A stretch of DNA of 64,000 nucleotides from contig JAFNIV010000003.1 of assembly GCA_017601145.1 (NCBI GenBank), positions 8,769-72,768 on the forward strand, given 5' to 3'. The position numbers and the translations under genes are program-made. The stretch comes from Candidatus Brockarchaeota archaeon. GTDB lineage: Archaea; Thermoproteota; EX4484-205; JAAOZO01. The notes beneath the pieces were generated by a model. That model did no database searches. It was given only the letters and a program-made list of their open reading frames with translations, and was not told the origin of the DNA. This document shows, piece after piece, positions 10,475 to 21,538 of the stretch. How positions within the stretch are numbered: the first letter of the stretch is position 1; every line of letters starts with the position of its first letter.

Positions 10475-11378
10475 TTTTAATTAACTGCTTAGCAAAGTTC
10501 AAGGTTTCATTTATAACTTTTTCTTCGTCTAGATTTACACCTTTTCGCTTAAAAAAAGAAGCTATGTTGTTTAGGTCTCTTGAGAGGTAAAAAAGAGAAT
10601 TTGGATGTCCAAGGGGGACCCATTGAGGAAAGTCTATTATGTAAACTTTCTTTTTATCGTTAGAAACTAAGATGTTAAATGAATTTAGGTCAACATGCAC
10701 AAACTTTTTCTTTAACATAAAATTTACTTGAGAAACGACTTGGTAAAACAAGTCAGTACTTAACTCAGATTCCTTTAAGTTCGAGAGTCTTTTACCTTCA
10801 ATGTATTCTATAACTAGTGTATGCCTATTCCGCCAAAAAAATTTTGGCACATTAACTTCTGAGTCTTTTAGAATGGCGTATGCTTTTTCTTCTGAGATGG
10901 CAGCCTTAGTGGAACGAACTAGCCAACTTGAACCTAACTTAAAAAAAGACCTTTTTCTTTTTACATCTCTAAAACTAGTTCTTCCAACCCTAAAAAACTT
11001 TATTACACAACTTCCAATAGAAGAACATTCTGCAGCGTAAAGATCAGATTCCTTTCCCTTTGCAATATTTGAACCAAAAAGGATAATGCTGAATTTTTTA
11101 TCGATTGACCTTAAAGCTAACAAATCATATCCAGAAAAAGTAAGCCTTATTAACTCTTTACTTCTACTTTTCCAAGCTACCAGCCTATTTTCAAAAAGAA
11201 GATTGAGGAAGGTTTCAAACTTCTTATTTTCTCTTGAATGCTTCTCATACAAGTACTTAAGGGTATTTTTTCTGATGCTATCAAAAATTTTACACTTTGA
11301 TTCAATGAGCAAGAGAAGTTTTACAGCGCCCTCAGGAAGTGTATATAAATTTGTCCACGCATTTAGTGCTTCATCCAT
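10467..11378 (-). CDS. rio2: RIO-type serine protein kinase Rio2
   Basis: N-terminal wHTH, then kinase motifs VIKFFRVGRTSFR, FVHVDLNSFNILV, YIIDFPQWV. 8-nt overlap with the next gene. Confidence 0.75.
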   Translation of the reverse strand: MDEALNAWTNLYTLPEGAVKLLLLIESKCKIFDSIRKNTLKYLYEKHSRENKKFETFLNLLFENRLVAWKSRSKELIRLTFSGYDLLALRSIDKKFSIILFGSNIAKGKESDLYAAECSSIGSCVIKFFRVGRTSFRDVKRKRSFFKLGSSWLVRSTKAAISEEKAYAILKDSEVNVPKFFWRNRHTLVIEYIEGKRLSNLKESELSTDLFYQVVSQVNFMLKKKFVHVDLNSFNILVSNDKKKVYIIDFPQWVPLGHPNSLFYLSRDLNNIASFFKRKGVNLDEEKVINETLNFAKQLIKSE

Positions 11379-11382
11379 ACTT

Positions 11383-13665
11383 TTAACTAACTAGTTTTTG
11401 AAGTATGTTTAGCTCAGCTCTATTTGTAGTTCTAGAGAATCTCTCTATGGCTTCTTCTACCATAGCACGTTCTTCCTTCGATAGTACTCTTACCTTACTA
11501 ATTGCTTCGAGAAAGTGTCTTTCAGAAATCTCTATCTTTGGATGCGAGTGAGCTATTTGTTCAGGAACTTTAAGTTCATGCAACGATTCTTTTAGTGCAA
11601 GAAGTCCAGCTTCGTTCACAACATAAGCAATGTCTGCTCCTGTAAAGCCTTCAGTAAGTTCCGCTAGTTTATGGATGTTAACGTCTGAAGCAATAGGTTT
11701 ACCCCTGAGATGGACTTCAAATATTGCAACTCTAGTTTCATAGTTAGGCCAGCCTAGTTTTATTATTTTGTCAAATCGCCCAGGACGAAGAAGAGCCGGA
11801 TCTATCATGTCAGGTCTATTAGTAGCGGCAACTATGACTACTCCTTTTAATTCTTCGAGGCCATCCATTTCTGTGAGGAGCTGACTTATCATCCTTTCAG
11901 TCACGTTTGAGTCACCAAATCCAGAACCTCTAACTGGAGCTATTGCATCTATTTCATCAAAGAAAATAATACACGGAGAAGCTTGTCTTGCTTTTCTAAA
12001 GATTTCTCTTATGCCTTTTTCACTCTCTCCAACCCATTTCGAAAGTAGCTCAGGACCTTTTATTGATATGAAGTTTGCTTCAGATTCTGTAGCTAAAGCT
12101 TTTGCTAGTAATGTCTTACCAGTTCCAGGAGGGCCTATAAGAAGAACGCCCTTAGGCTGTTTTATTCCAAGCTGCTGAAATAGCTCAGAGTACTTTAATG
12201 GCCATTCTATACTCATGTTTAGTTCTCTCTTTACGTCTTCTAAGCCCCCAATATCTTCCCAATGAACATTTGGAGTTTCTATCATCACTTCTCTCATAGC
12301 TGAAGGTTCTACTTCTTTTAGGGCATCAAGAAAGTCTTGCATTGTAACTTTTAATGAATTAAGGATTTCAGCAGGTATTTCTTCTGCTTCAAGATCAATT
12401 TTAGGAAGCACTCTTCTTAAAGCTCTTAATGCAGCTTCTTTTGCTAAAGCTGCTAAGTCAGCCCCTACGAAGCCATGAGTTGAATCAGCAAGTTGTTTCA
12501 AATTAACATCCTCTGCTAAAGGCATACCTCTAGTATGAATTTGGAGAATCTCCAACCTAGCTCTTTTGTCTGGAACTCCTATTTCTATTTCTCTATCGAA
12601 CCTTCCAGGTCTTCTTAGAGCAGGGTCTATAGCATTAACTCTATTAGTTGCACCTATTACAACAACTTTTCCTCTTGACTTAAGACCATCCATCAGGGAT
12701 AAAAGTTGAGCTACTACTCTTTTTTCTACCTCTCCTGTAACTTCTTCTCTCTTTGGAGCAATACTGTCGATCTCATCTATGAATATGATACTTGGTGCGT
12801 TTTCTTGCGCTTCTTTGAATATTTCTCTTAGCCTTTGCTCACTCTCTCCATAATATTTGCTCATTATTTCTGGACCACTTATACTTATGAAGTTAGCGTT
12901 TGTTTCATTTGCAACAGCTTTTGCTAGTAATGTCTTACCAGTTCCAGGAGGGCCATGCAAAAGAACACCTTTTGGAGCTTCAATGCCCAACCTTTCAAAA
13001 AGTTCTGGATGCCTTAGTGGGAGTTCAACCATTTCTCTTATTTTTTGAATGGCACTATCTAATCCTCCAATGTCTTCATAAGTAACTCTCTCAATATCTT
13101 TAGGAGGTGGTTGAGGCCTTTCACTAATCGAAACATGAGTATAATCGTTTATTATTACAGCATCAGCCCCTGGAGTAAAACTTGTTACTATCAAATTTAT
13201 AGTTCTACCCATTATTCTTACTGGAACAATATCACGCTTTGAAACTATTCTTCCAATCAATTGATTTTTTACATACTCATCTCCACCCATGATTTTAAGT
13301 GGCTCGGTCGGAGCTAACCTTAGTGTTTCTGCATACTTTGCCACAACCTTTCTGATCTTTACTCTATCGTCGATGCTGGCATCTGCATTTTCACGAGTGT
13401 AGCCATCTATTCTTATTAGTCCCTTTCCAGTATCCTTTGGATGCGCAGGCCATACCAGCGCAAAAGTTCTTTTCTTTCCAACTATCTCTATTGCATCTCC
13501 AGTTTTGAGATCGAGCTGCTCAGCTACAAGAGGATCTATCCTCGCTATACCTCTGCCAACGTCAGTAGAAAGTGCTTCAGCAACTCTTAAGTAAACATAA
13601 TTTTTATTATTAGAAGATTTCTTAGAATTATGGTTTTCATCTGAAGAATTGTTACTCGAATTCAT
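11383..13665 (-). CDS. cdc48: Cdc48/VCP-like AAA+ ATPase
   Basis: N-domain plus two AAA modules, each with [13 protein letters not shown] and a DEID Walker B. Start placed at the ATG giving MNSSNN; the ORF-track start 13704 is an upstream alternative. Confidence 0.9.
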   Translation of the reverse strand: MNSSNNSSDENHNSKKSSNNKNYVYLRVAEALSTDVGRGIARIDPLVAEQLDLKTGDAIEIVGKKRTFALVWPAHPKDTGKGLIRIDGYTRENADASIDDRVKIRKVVAKYAETLRLAPTEPLKIMGGDEYVKNQLIGRIVSKRDIVPVRIMGRTINLIVTSFTPGADAVIINDYTHVSISERPQPPPKDIERVTYEDIGGLDSAIQKIREMVELPLRHPELFERLGIEAPKGVLLHGPPGTGKTLLAKAVANETNANFISISGPEIMSKYYGESEQRLREIFKEAQENAPSIIFIDEIDSIAPKREEVTGEVEKRVVAQLLSLMDGLKSRGKVVVIGATNRVNAIDPALRRPGRFDREIEIGVPDKRARLEILQIHTRGMPLAEDVNLKQLADSTHGFVGADLAALAKEAALRALRRVLPKIDLEAEEIPAEILNSLKVTMQDFLDALKEVEPSAMREVMIETPNVHWEDIGGLEDVKRELNMSIEWPLKYSELFQQLGIKQPKGVLLIGPPGTGKTLLAKALATESEANFISIKGPELLSKWVGESEKGIREIFRKARQASPCIIFFDEIDAIAPVRGSGFGDSNVTERMISQLLTEMDGLEELKGVVIVAATNRPDMIDPALLRPGRFDKIIKLGWPNYETRVAIFEVHLRGKPIASDVNIHKLAELTEGFTGADIAYVVNEAGLLALKESLHELKVPEQIAHSHPKIEISERHFLEAISKVRVLSKEERAMVEEAIERFSRTTNRAELNILQKLVS

Positions 13666-13762
13666 CAAGACTTTCCCTCTCTTCGCTAAAAAGAATACTA
13701 ACAAAGCATCTTTTTAAGCATTTATTCTAAAAATTCAAGTCATAAAAAGTAAAGAACATTTA

Positions 13763-14683
13763 TTAAAGTTCTAAATTTTTAGAAAGAATCAAGTAGTGTT
13801 TTACTTTTATTATGTTTGGAATCTGAGCATAAAGAGGAGACTCAGAAGCTCTTGAAATTAGTACTCTGTCAAATCCCCGCAACTTCATTTCCCAAGCTAC
13901 TTTATAAAGTAGGACTTCTCCTATTTTTTGATCATTTTCACTAACAACGATGGGTCCCAACCAGTTAGTTTCTAAAGCGCTAATTAGTCCTAGTCCGACT
14001 ATGTTACCTTCTTTCTCAGCTATTATTATGCCAGGAGGATCATGCCTAAAACTCATGATAGTTTCAAAACTTAAGATAGGACCATTGTTGTTAAGCACCC
14101 AGCTAGCAATTGTTTCTTTCTCGCTTTTGTCAGGTATCCTGTAAACTGTTCCTTCTCTTCTTTGCCTTTCTTCCTCTTCTTTAACTAAAGAAGGAATAGA
14201 AAAACCAGCAAGGTCAATTACGTAGTCTGTTGTTTCTGCTACTTTGCTATAACCTTTCCTCAAGAAGAATTGTAAAATGTCTTCAGACCTACTGTTTATT
14301 CCTGGAAACACATACCAACCTGCAAAGTCAGTAGCTCTTATGTCTTTGTAACCACGTTCCATTAGTTCTGACTCAACTTGAGAAATAAGCCTATCAGCTA
14401 AACCCGAATGTAATTGATCAGGAGCGATAGCAAACAATTTTAGCCATGCATGTTCTTTATTGATTAGCTCTTTTGGTTCTTTACTTCTAGTTGCTCCAAT
14501 CGCACATCCAATAGGGATTCCATCTTCCATCGCAACAAAAGTTAAAGAAGGATCAAAGTTTGGATCTAAGACTGTAGTTCTTATTACTGACCATGTTGTT
14601 ACAGAATCATAAGGATAAGTCATGTTTAAGAGTCTAGCTATAGAAGCCGCTTGGTTTTCCTCAAAGCTAACAATCTCGTACAT
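13763..14683 (-). CDS. GNAT-family N-acetyltransferase (two-lobed, 306 aa)
   Basis: Size and repeated acetyltransferase-like beta-alpha pattern (LFAIAPDQLHSGLADRLISQVESELMERGY; GLGLISAL...IGEVLLYKVAWEMKLRGF). No substrate inference. Confidence 0.5.
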   Translation of the reverse strand: MYEIVSFEENQAASIARLLNMTYPYDSVTTWSVIRTTVLDPNFDPSLTFVAMEDGIPIGCAIGATRSKEPKELINKEHAWLKLFAIAPDQLHSGLADRLISQVESELMERGYKDIRATDFAGWYVFPGINSRSEDILQFFLRKGYSKVAETTDYVIDLAGFSIPSLVKEEEERQRREGTVYRIPDKSEKETIASWVLNNNGPILSFETIMSFRHDPPGIIIAEKEGNIVGLGLISALETNWLGPIVVSENDQKIGEVLLYKVAWEMKLRGFDRVLISRASESPLYAQIPNIIKVKHYLILSKNLEL

Positions 14684-14857
14684 CTTTTGCTTACTCCTAC
14701 TTTTTATGATTATTGCTAAATTTATAAAAGTTTTCTTAAGAATATGAGCACCATATTATAATCTATAAATTAGATCTATATGAGGCGCAGATTGAAGAGC
14801 CTTAACTTTCATGCACCACTTTAGAACAAGTAATTCTTTAAATCTAAGGAATTTAAA

Positions 14858-16585
14858 CTAAACTACTGATAAATTCCTAACAAGCTTCGACATATTCAAT
14901 AATGCTCTTGCCTCACCATAAATACTTAGGATCGGAGAAAAAATGCCAGGAAAACTTTGTTCATTGACTTTCTTAACTCTTGGTACACTATCGTACCAAG
15001 GCAACATTAAACAAAATCCTCCATAAAAAGTACTCATAACAAGTTTAAGTTTTTCATAGTCAAGATATGAAATTTCCTTTAAAAAACTAAGTAAAACTTC
15101 AGATAGTTCTTTCTCAAGTTTTGAGGTAAGCAACGTTAGAGCAGAAATTGCTCTTTCACTATAGCTCATGTAATGAGATCTGTCATTGCTAACTTTGTAT
15201 ATTAAACTTAAAATGAATTCATCGTTACTATCCCTGAGAGAAGAATCAAGTCTTTTTATTGACTCAAAGATTTTTTTATGTCTTTTTTCTTCGATTATTA
15301 TCTTTTGATCGATCCTAATTATTTTCTTAAGAATAGTACCTACTCTTCTAAGAGAAGAGGTTAGATCTAAAACATCATAAAAGATATATTCTGGAAGATT
15401 CGATTTAGTGTATGGAAGCATATTGATGAGTATTTTGTTTAGATTACGTATAGAATTAACAAGGTATCTGGAACTCTCTATTTTTTTGTGAACAACTTGA
15501 GGAGAAAACTCAAAAAATTTTTCTGGCGAATTTTGATTAACTTCAACAACTTTTTTTTGAGAGTTCCAGAGAATGTTAGCTAATAAAACTTGTCCTACTG
15601 GAAAACGAGGATCTTCCAGATGAGCAGAAACAAATATATATTTACCATGTTCTATTGTTTTTGAAACTAGCAAATCAAAGTTTGAGAGTTTAGGACCATT
15701 TTTTATTTTTATTCCAAGTCTCTTATTTTTCTTAGGGATAGCACCCTTGACAACCACTTCAGAATCATCAGAAATGTTAACAACTGGACCTTCTTGCCAA
15801 AGCTCAAATTTTTTGGGTAACCCAACTAAGAAAAAGCTACTTGTCTTTTTTACGTTACACAATACTGGACCCATTACTGGATAAGTTCTTACAGTATTAT
15901 CGCGATAAACCTTGTAAGACCATCCTACGAAACTATTCTTTAAAGAATCGTTAAATACTTTTGCGTTAATTTGCCCCAACATATTTCTTGTAAGGATGTA
16001 AGTATCATCGTTTGGCGAAATTTCACTTAAACTTGGCTTTAGCTGTAAGAATGAACCAGCGCAAATACCAACTAAGGTTCCTCCAGATTTCACAAAATCG
16101 TAGATGAGTTTTGCGTTCTCTTCTCCAAGCTCTGCAGCAATCTCTGTATGATCGCCTCCTGGAATTATCAAAATGTCAATTTTTGTTAAATTCTCTCTTA
16201 AAGTATCTGGTGTCAAAAAAATTTTTTTATAAAAACCAAGAGAGTCTAGCGTTAAAGAGAGATTAATTAAAGAATTTAAGCTGACTCCATATCCAGACAA
16301 AATACCGACAAGCGGAAATGAAACTTCGATTAAACCATTTTTAGAAGAAACTTCAATTTTTTTGACAGACAATCCAAATTTTTCAAGATCATTCTTCAGT
16401 AGCTCATAAATAGAGGCATTATTAGCATCATCAATTAAAATACTGTCCTTACGTAACGGTGGCTTTCTTTTTGCTTTTAGCAGAACAAAAACATGAAAAC
16501 CTAAAGCTTGAAGAAGATTAGAGTAAAGTATTGCAACTTTTTTTGCATGCATACTAGTAGAAGGTTTAAAGCCTATTACGATCAA
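14858..16585 (-). CDS. hypothetical protein with class I glutamine amidotransferase-like / BPL_N-like N-domain
   Basis: IDILIIPGGDHTEIAAELGEENAKLIYDFVKSGGTLVGICAGSFL matches the GATase1/BPL_N nucleophile-elbow region. About 250 aa of helical C-terminus is unassigned. TTG start, alternative ATG at 16552. Confidence 0.4.
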   Translation of the reverse strand: MIVIGFKPSTSMHAKKVAILYSNLLQALGFHVFVLLKAKRKPPLRKDSILIDDANNASIYELLKNDLEKFGLSVKKIEVSSKNGLIEVSFPLVGILSGYGVSLNSLINLSLTLDSLGFYKKIFLTPDTLRENLTKIDILIIPGGDHTEIAAELGEENAKLIYDFVKSGGTLVGICAGSFLQLKPSLSEISPNDDTYILTRNMLGQINAKVFNDSLKNSFVGWSYKVYRDNTVRTYPVMGPVLCNVKKTSSFFLVGLPKKFELWQEGPVVNISDDSEVVVKGAIPKKNKRLGIKIKNGPKLSNFDLLVSKTIEHGKYIFVSAHLEDPRFPVGQVLLANILWNSQKKVVEVNQNSPEKFFEFSPQVVHKKIESSRYLVNSIRNLNKILINMLPYTKSNLPEYIFYDVLDLTSSLRRVGTILKKIIRIDQKIIIEEKRHKKIFESIKRLDSSLRDSNDEFILSLIYKVSNDRSHYMSYSERAISALTLLTSKLEKELSEVLLSFLKEISYLDYEKLKLVMSTFYGGFCLMLPWYDSVPRVKKVNEQSFPGIFSPILSIYGEARALLNMSKLVRNLSVV

Positions 16586-16851
16586 TGCTAACTCTAGTGT
16601 TGTTTTACCTATTAATTAACCTTATCGCTTAAAAACTATCAGAAAATCTAATTAAAATAAAAAAGGGAAACTTTCTAGTTTCAGAGAGTTGCAAATCTAA
16701 ATCTTATTTTAACTAAAGAATAATTCTCTTTAAAATCTGTGATAAAACTTAAATTAAAGCTAAATATAAGTTTCTAGAATCTTGCAGGAATTGCCAAAAA
16801 ACTTAAAAACTTAATACCATTAGTTTTGATGGTAAAGTAGTAGTTGATAAG

Positions 16852-18411
16852 ATGAATCAAAAAAGTTTTCAGAAGTTTAATTTAGAGCAACAAGTTAGCG
16901 AACTATTTATGGTTAGAATTAATAGCGATAACCTGACGAGCAAGGATAAAAAAACGATAGAAGATATAACACCAGGAGGATTCTTATTTTCTAGCAAAAC
17001 GATAAGTAACGTGAAAGCTGGAAAAGAGTTGTGTAAAGAACTAGAAAGAATTGTTCAAAGTTCCACAAAAAAAATTACACCATTTTTCGCTGTAGAGCAT
17101 GAAGGAGGGGAGATTTTTGCTTTACCGCAAGAAGCTACACCAATTCCAAGCGCAATGGCTATTGGAGCAACAGGATTAACGAATTTTGCGTACACTACAG
17201 CTTACATTACTGCACTTGAGCTTAGAGCTATAGGGATAAACATGAATTTTTCTCCATTAATTGAACCTGCAAGTTTAAACAATTGTAGGTTGAGCAGAAG
17301 TAGAAACTTTTGGGACGACCCTCAAAGTGTAGAACGATTTGTTTTAAAGTATATTCGAGGATTAAGAAACGGTGGTATAATTAGCATCGCAAAGTACTTT
17401 CCAAGTTGTTCTTTAGCAAAGGAAAACAATGACAACGAACTTGAAATTGACATCGAAGACATAAAACAGGCTTTACCACTACTAAAAAGGATAACCTCCT
17501 TAAGTAAAGTTGATGGACTTATGATTTTAAACGCTACAATAGTAGATAGAAAACAAAAGAAAACCCCAGCATTCCTTTCTAAAGAAGTTGTGAAAGAAAT
17601 TTTAGCAAAAGATTTAAGTTACCATGGTTTGCTGATAACAGAACTACTTTCAGAAAACAAAAACATAAATGAAGAAAACCTTGAAGATATAGCTATAAAA
17701 GCTATAGAAGTAGGAAATGACATATTAGTTATTGATGAAAATTTTGAAAACCTACAAAAGCTTAAAGATGCTGTTGTAAAAGAGGCAAAAGAGAACCCTC
17801 TTTTAGCCGGAAGAATAAAGAAGGCTTTCAGTAAAGTGATTAAGAAAAAAACAGAGTATTTAGAGTATTTTCGAAAACCAACCCTCCAAGTAATTGGATG
17901 TAAAAAACATAGAAACGAAGTTGAAAAAATAACCAGAAAATCAGTAGGATTGGTATTCGATGAAGGGTTACTACCTCTTAAACCAAGGATCCAGAATATT
18001 GTAATTTTAGTTTTTGCAGATATAGAGACTTATGATCTTATTCTAAGTTTAGTTGAAGAGTTTGAGTTTAAAAAGACAAATGTTTTTTTAGCAAACGAAG
18101 AAAATACTCCTCTAGTAACAACTAAGGTGAGGAAGGCTAATGCAGTAATCATTTTTTCCCAGAATTTATTCAATAAAACGAAAGAGAGAATAAACGTTGA
18201 TAAAGTAATCGAACAAAATGAGAAGAGTATACTAATTTCTGTTAGTGACCCTTACGATGTTATGTTTGTACGAAAGCCGTATGTGTATATTGTTGCTTAT
18301 AGTCCAGATTTTTATTCGATAAAATCAGCATTAGAAGTTGTCACTGGAAGGCTTAAGCCAAACGGAAAAATACCTAAGAGCTTAGCAGAAATCATAAATA
18401 ATGGGAGGTAA
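16852..18411 (+). CDS. glycoside hydrolase family 3-like protein (NagZ/BglX fold, motifs degenerate)
   Basis: GH3 N-domain pattern FMVRI..GGFLFSS, FFAVEHEGGEI, ELRAIGINMNFSPLIEP. The KHFPGHG region reads KYFPSCS. Confidence 0.55.
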   Translation: MNQKSFQKFNLEQQVSELFMVRINSDNLTSKDKKTIEDITPGGFLFSSKTISNVKAGKELCKELERIVQSSTKKITPFFAVEHEGGEIFALPQEATPIPSAMAIGATGLTNFAYTTAYITALELRAIGINMNFSPLIEPASLNNCRLSRSRNFWDDPQSVERFVLKYIRGLRNGGIISIAKYFPSCSLAKENNDNELEIDIEDIKQALPLLKRITSLSKVDGLMILNATIVDRKQKKTPAFLSKEVVKEILAKDLSYHGLLITELLSENKNINEENLEDIAIKAIEVGNDILVIDENFENLQKLKDAVVKEAKENPLLAGRIKKAFSKVIKKKTEYLEYFRKPTLQVIGCKKHRNEVEKITRKSVGLVFDEGLLPLKPRIQNIVILVFADIETYDLILSLVEEFEFKKTNVFLANEENTPLVTTKVRKANAVIIFSQNLFNKTKERINVDKVIEQNEKSILISVSDPYDVMFVRKPYVYIVAYSPDFYSIKSALEVVTGRLKPNGKIPKSLAEIINNGR

Positions 18412-18413
18412 CT

Positions 18414-18770
18414 ATGAAGAATCCAAAAGCAAAGGGAACAAAGTCGGAGTATAAAGTTAGGAATTTATTCGAAAAAAAGGGGTGGCTCGTTGTCAGGTCG
18501 ACTGGAAGCTTCAGCCCAGTAGATTTAGTTTGCATAAAGAAGAAGAAGATAATACTAGTACAAATAAAGAGCAGCTCAAAAAAGGTGCTCTACCAAAAAG
18601 AAGTTGTACCAAATAGAATAGAGGGCATAAAAACAATTTTGGTAGTTGACTTTGGACGTTATGGCATTAAAGTAACAAAAAGTAAAAAGAAAATAAAAGC
18701 TTCAGAGGGAATTAAGCTAGAGGAATATCTTGAAAAGCTAGAAAGGAAGAATAATGGGCCCGTGGCCTAG
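18414..18770 (+). CDS. hjc: Holliday junction resolvase Hjc-like PD-(D/E)XK protein
   Basis: KGTKSEYKVRNLFEKKGWLVVRSTGS..PVDLVC..ILVQIK parallels Hjc (E..D..ExK) but has Q in place of the last acidic residue. The last 15 nt overlap tRNA-Arg. Confidence 0.55.
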   Translation: MKNPKAKGTKSEYKVRNLFEKKGWLVVRSTGSFSPVDLVCIKKKKIILVQIKSSSKKVLYQKEVVPNRIEGIKTILVVDFGRYGIKVTKSKKKIKASEGIKLEEYLEKLERKNNGPVA

Positions 18771-18831
18771 TATGGATTAAGGCACCAGCCTGCGGAGCTG
18801 GTTATCGTGGGTTCAAATCCCACCGGGCCCG
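18756..18831 (+). tRNA. tRNA-Arg (anticodon GCG), 76 nt, no intron, no encoded CCA
   Basis: Manual cloverleaf: GGGCCCG/CGGGCCC acceptor, GCCT/AGGC D-stem, CCAGC-CTGCGGA-GCTGG anticodon arm, GTGGG-TTCAAAT-CCCAC T-arm. A T-run follows. Confidence 0.9.
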
Positions 18832-18993
18832 CTTTTAATTATTTATTAACTTAAGATTCTAAAAAATAAAGAGTATTCTAACAACATCAATCTTAGCTAG
18901 TAGCCATCTTACAATTGAAACTACATAGTTTTTAATCGAGTATGTTTAAAAAAATTTTTATAGTTTTATAAATTAAAAAACGCTTGAAGAGAC

Positions 18994-19521
18994 TTGAGCA
19001 TACTAGGGAAGAGTGAAATAATAAAGTTAGTAAAAGAGTATAGAATTATTCATCCCTTCGATGAGAGGTTGCTAGATGGGGACTCCTACGTCCTAACTGT
19101 AGAAAAAACTATAGAGCTGAACTACCTCGAACATCAGAATGTAATTTCTCATGAAATTGTGTTTTTACCTAGTAATATAGTGGCACATTTAACAGCAAAA
19201 AGCAAGTTTGGAAGAATGGGGCTATCTTTTTTAAACGCTGCAAAAGTACATAGTGGCTTTATAGGAAGGCTTGTACTTGAAATAGTAAACTTAAGCAACT
19301 TTAGAAAGCCAATAGTTATTGAAAAAGGAGAGCAATTTATGCATATTGAGTTTATAGAACGGAAAGGAGAACCATCACCATATGAAGGAGAGTATCAGTT
19401 TCAATACATGAGTAAAGAAGAGATAGTAAGTTATATTCCATACCTAAAAAGGGTATTTGGGAGTGAGTTTGATAGACTTTACAAAGTATGGAAAGTGGAT
19501 GAAAAGATTGGACAAAAGTAG
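18994..19521 (+). CDS. dcd: dCTP deaminase / dUTPase-fold protein
   Basis: 175 aa. N-terminal ILGKSEI..LV....I.PFDE..L.G.SY.L plus the SGFIGRLVLEIVN beta-barrel motif. TTG start. Confidence 0.7.
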   Translation: MSILGKSEIIKLVKEYRIIHPFDERLLDGDSYVLTVEKTIELNYLEHQNVISHEIVFLPSNIVAHLTAKSKFGRMGLSFLNAAKVHSGFIGRLVLEIVNLSNFRKPIVIEKGEQFMHIEFIERKGEPSPYEGEYQFQYMSKEEIVSYIPYLKRVFGSEFDRLYKVWKVDEKIGQK

Positions 19522-19632
19522 CCTTAAAAAGCTTAGCTATTTTTGAGCATTTTTATCTAAAAACAAGCCTTTTCTCTAGAAATCTAACCAAAAATGTTTT
19601 AAAAGACCATCGCGAACTAATTGAAATAAGAA

Positions 19633-21537
19633 TTGTCCTTTTTGCAAGTTATAGAAAAAATAGGAGAGGAATTAAAAAGGAGTACAAAAGAGCTAGGCTA
19701 TGAACAAATTGAGCCTGAAGTATCGGAACCTACTGTAAAAGTACACGGCGACATTTCTAGTAGAGTTTGTTTTGATATTTCAAAGATCTCAAAAGAAAAC
19801 CCAGTAGCTATAGCTGAAAAAATTTCTTCGAGAATAAAACTAGACTTTAGTGAAGTTGAAGCCAAAAATGGTTACATAAATTTTAAGTTTAATGATAAAT
19901 ACATTTTTGATGTGATTGAAGAAATAAGGAAAAAAGGTCATCAGTATGGAATTCCAGCTATAGAGAATAAGAATAAGAAGATCATAATAGAGCATACAAA
20001 TTCAAATCCAAACAAGCCAATTCATATGGGCATACTCAGAAATACAATTCTGGGAGATACCCTAGCCAGAGTTTTTAGGTATGTTGGTTACGAAACAATA
20101 GTACTAAACTATATCGATGATAGTGGAGCGCAAGTATCAGACAATATATTAGCTATAACAGAACTAGGTTACCTAAAGGAACCAATAGGAGAGAGATATG
20201 ACTATTACTCTGGGAGAATTTACGCTGAAGTTCATGAAAAAATTGAGAATGATCTTCAGTTAAGAAAAAAGAAATACGAAATTATAAAAAAGATTGAAAA
20301 TGGTAAAAATGAAGTTGCACAACTTGCAAGACAATTTTCAGAGAGAGTAGTCATGGACCAACTAAGAACGTGTTGGAGGGTAGGAGCATTTTTTGATCTC
20401 CTAAATTGGGAGAGTGATATCGTAAAGTCAGGATTGCTAAACGTTGTACTAAAAGAACTTAATGAAAAAGGAAAATTATACGTCCCAAAAGAAGGAAAAA
20501 ATGAAAAATGTACTGTTTTAAAGCTTAGTGACCAAGAAGAATTTAAAAATTTAGAAGAGCCTGATGAAGTTTTAATTAGATCTGATGGAACAATAACTTA
20601 TGTTGGAAAAGATATTGCTTATGCATTTTGGAAGATAAGTAAACCACCAATAGATTTTAAGTATAGACCATTCGTAACTCAACCTAACGGTAAAACTTTA
20701 TGGACTACCGACGAAGAGAAGGGAGAACCAAAAACACTTAACGTGAACAATGCAGACTTAGCGATAACCTTAGTAGATACAAGGCAAGAGTATCCTCAAA
20801 AAGTTGTTAAGACAGCACTCACTTTTATTACAGATAAAGCAAAATATGCTTATAGGCCATTTTTATACGGAATAGTAGCAATAAGTGGAGAAACAGCATA
20901 CAAAATTTCTGGAAAAAAAGAATACGTTAGTAACAAGATAGTCCATATGTCCGGGAGAAAAGGTTTAGTTGTAAATGCTGAAGATATGTTAAACGAGTTA
21001 GCAAAGGTTGCAAGAATGGAAAGTAGAAAGAGGAATCCAAATATTAGAGAAGATTTGCTTGAAAGCATAAGCAATGAAATAGCTGTAGCGGCAGTAAGGT
21101 ATTTTATGCTTAAGACTGACTTAAACAACATAATTGTTTTTGATATAGATGAAGCATTAAGATTAAATGGAGATTCCGGTCCTAGACTTCAATATACTTA
21201 TGCTAGGGCTTACAGCATAATAGAAAAAGCAGGAAAGTACGATAGAGGAAGCATTAACCAAAAATTAATTAAGAAAGAGATAGAAAGAGAACTGATAAAA
21301 GAAATCTCAAAATTCTCGTTTTATGTTAAAGAGACGATTAAAGATTTAGAACCAAAATATTTAGCAAGGTATGCCAAAAACTTGGCTGACAAGTTCAACT
21401 TATTTTACGAGAGCTGTCCTATCCTCACTGAAAAAGAGGAAATAAGAAACAATAGACTTATAATCTTAGAATCTTTCTTAGTTGTTTTTGAAAAAGTTTT
21501 AGACCTACTTGGGATTCCAGTCTTACAAGAAATGTAA
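19633..21537 (+). CDS. argS: arginyl-tRNA synthetase
   Basis: 634 aa. Class I HIGH-region SNPNKPIHMGILRNTILGD. C-terminal helical DALR-type anticodon-binding domain. TTG start. Confidence 0.9.
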   Translation: MSFLQVIEKIGEELKRSTKELGYEQIEPEVSEPTVKVHGDISSRVCFDISKISKENPVAIAEKISSRIKLDFSEVEAKNGYINFKFNDKYIFDVIEEIRKKGHQYGIPAIENKNKKIIIEHTNSNPNKPIHMGILRNTILGDTLARVFRYVGYETIVLNYIDDSGAQVSDNILAITELGYLKEPIGERYDYYSGRIYAEVHEKIENDLQLRKKKYEIIKKIENGKNEVAQLARQFSERVVMDQLRTCWRVGAFFDLLNWESDIVKSGLLNVVLKELNEKGKLYVPKEGKNEKCTVLKLSDQEEFKNLEEPDEVLIRSDGTITYVGKDIAYAFWKISKPPIDFKYRPFVTQPNGKTLWTTDEEKGEPKTLNVNNADLAITLVDTRQEYPQKVVKTALTFITDKAKYAYRPFLYGIVAISGETAYKISGKKEYVSNKIVHMSGRKGLVVNAEDMLNELAKVARMESRKRNPNIREDLLESISNEIAVAAVRYFMLKTDLNNIIVFDIDEALRLNGDSGPRLQYTYARAYSIIEKAGKYDRGSINQKLIKKEIERELIKEISKFSFYVKETIKDLEPKYLARYAKNLADKFNLFYESCPILTEKEEIRNNRLIILESFLVVFEKVLDLLGIPVLQEM

Positions 21538-21538
21538 T

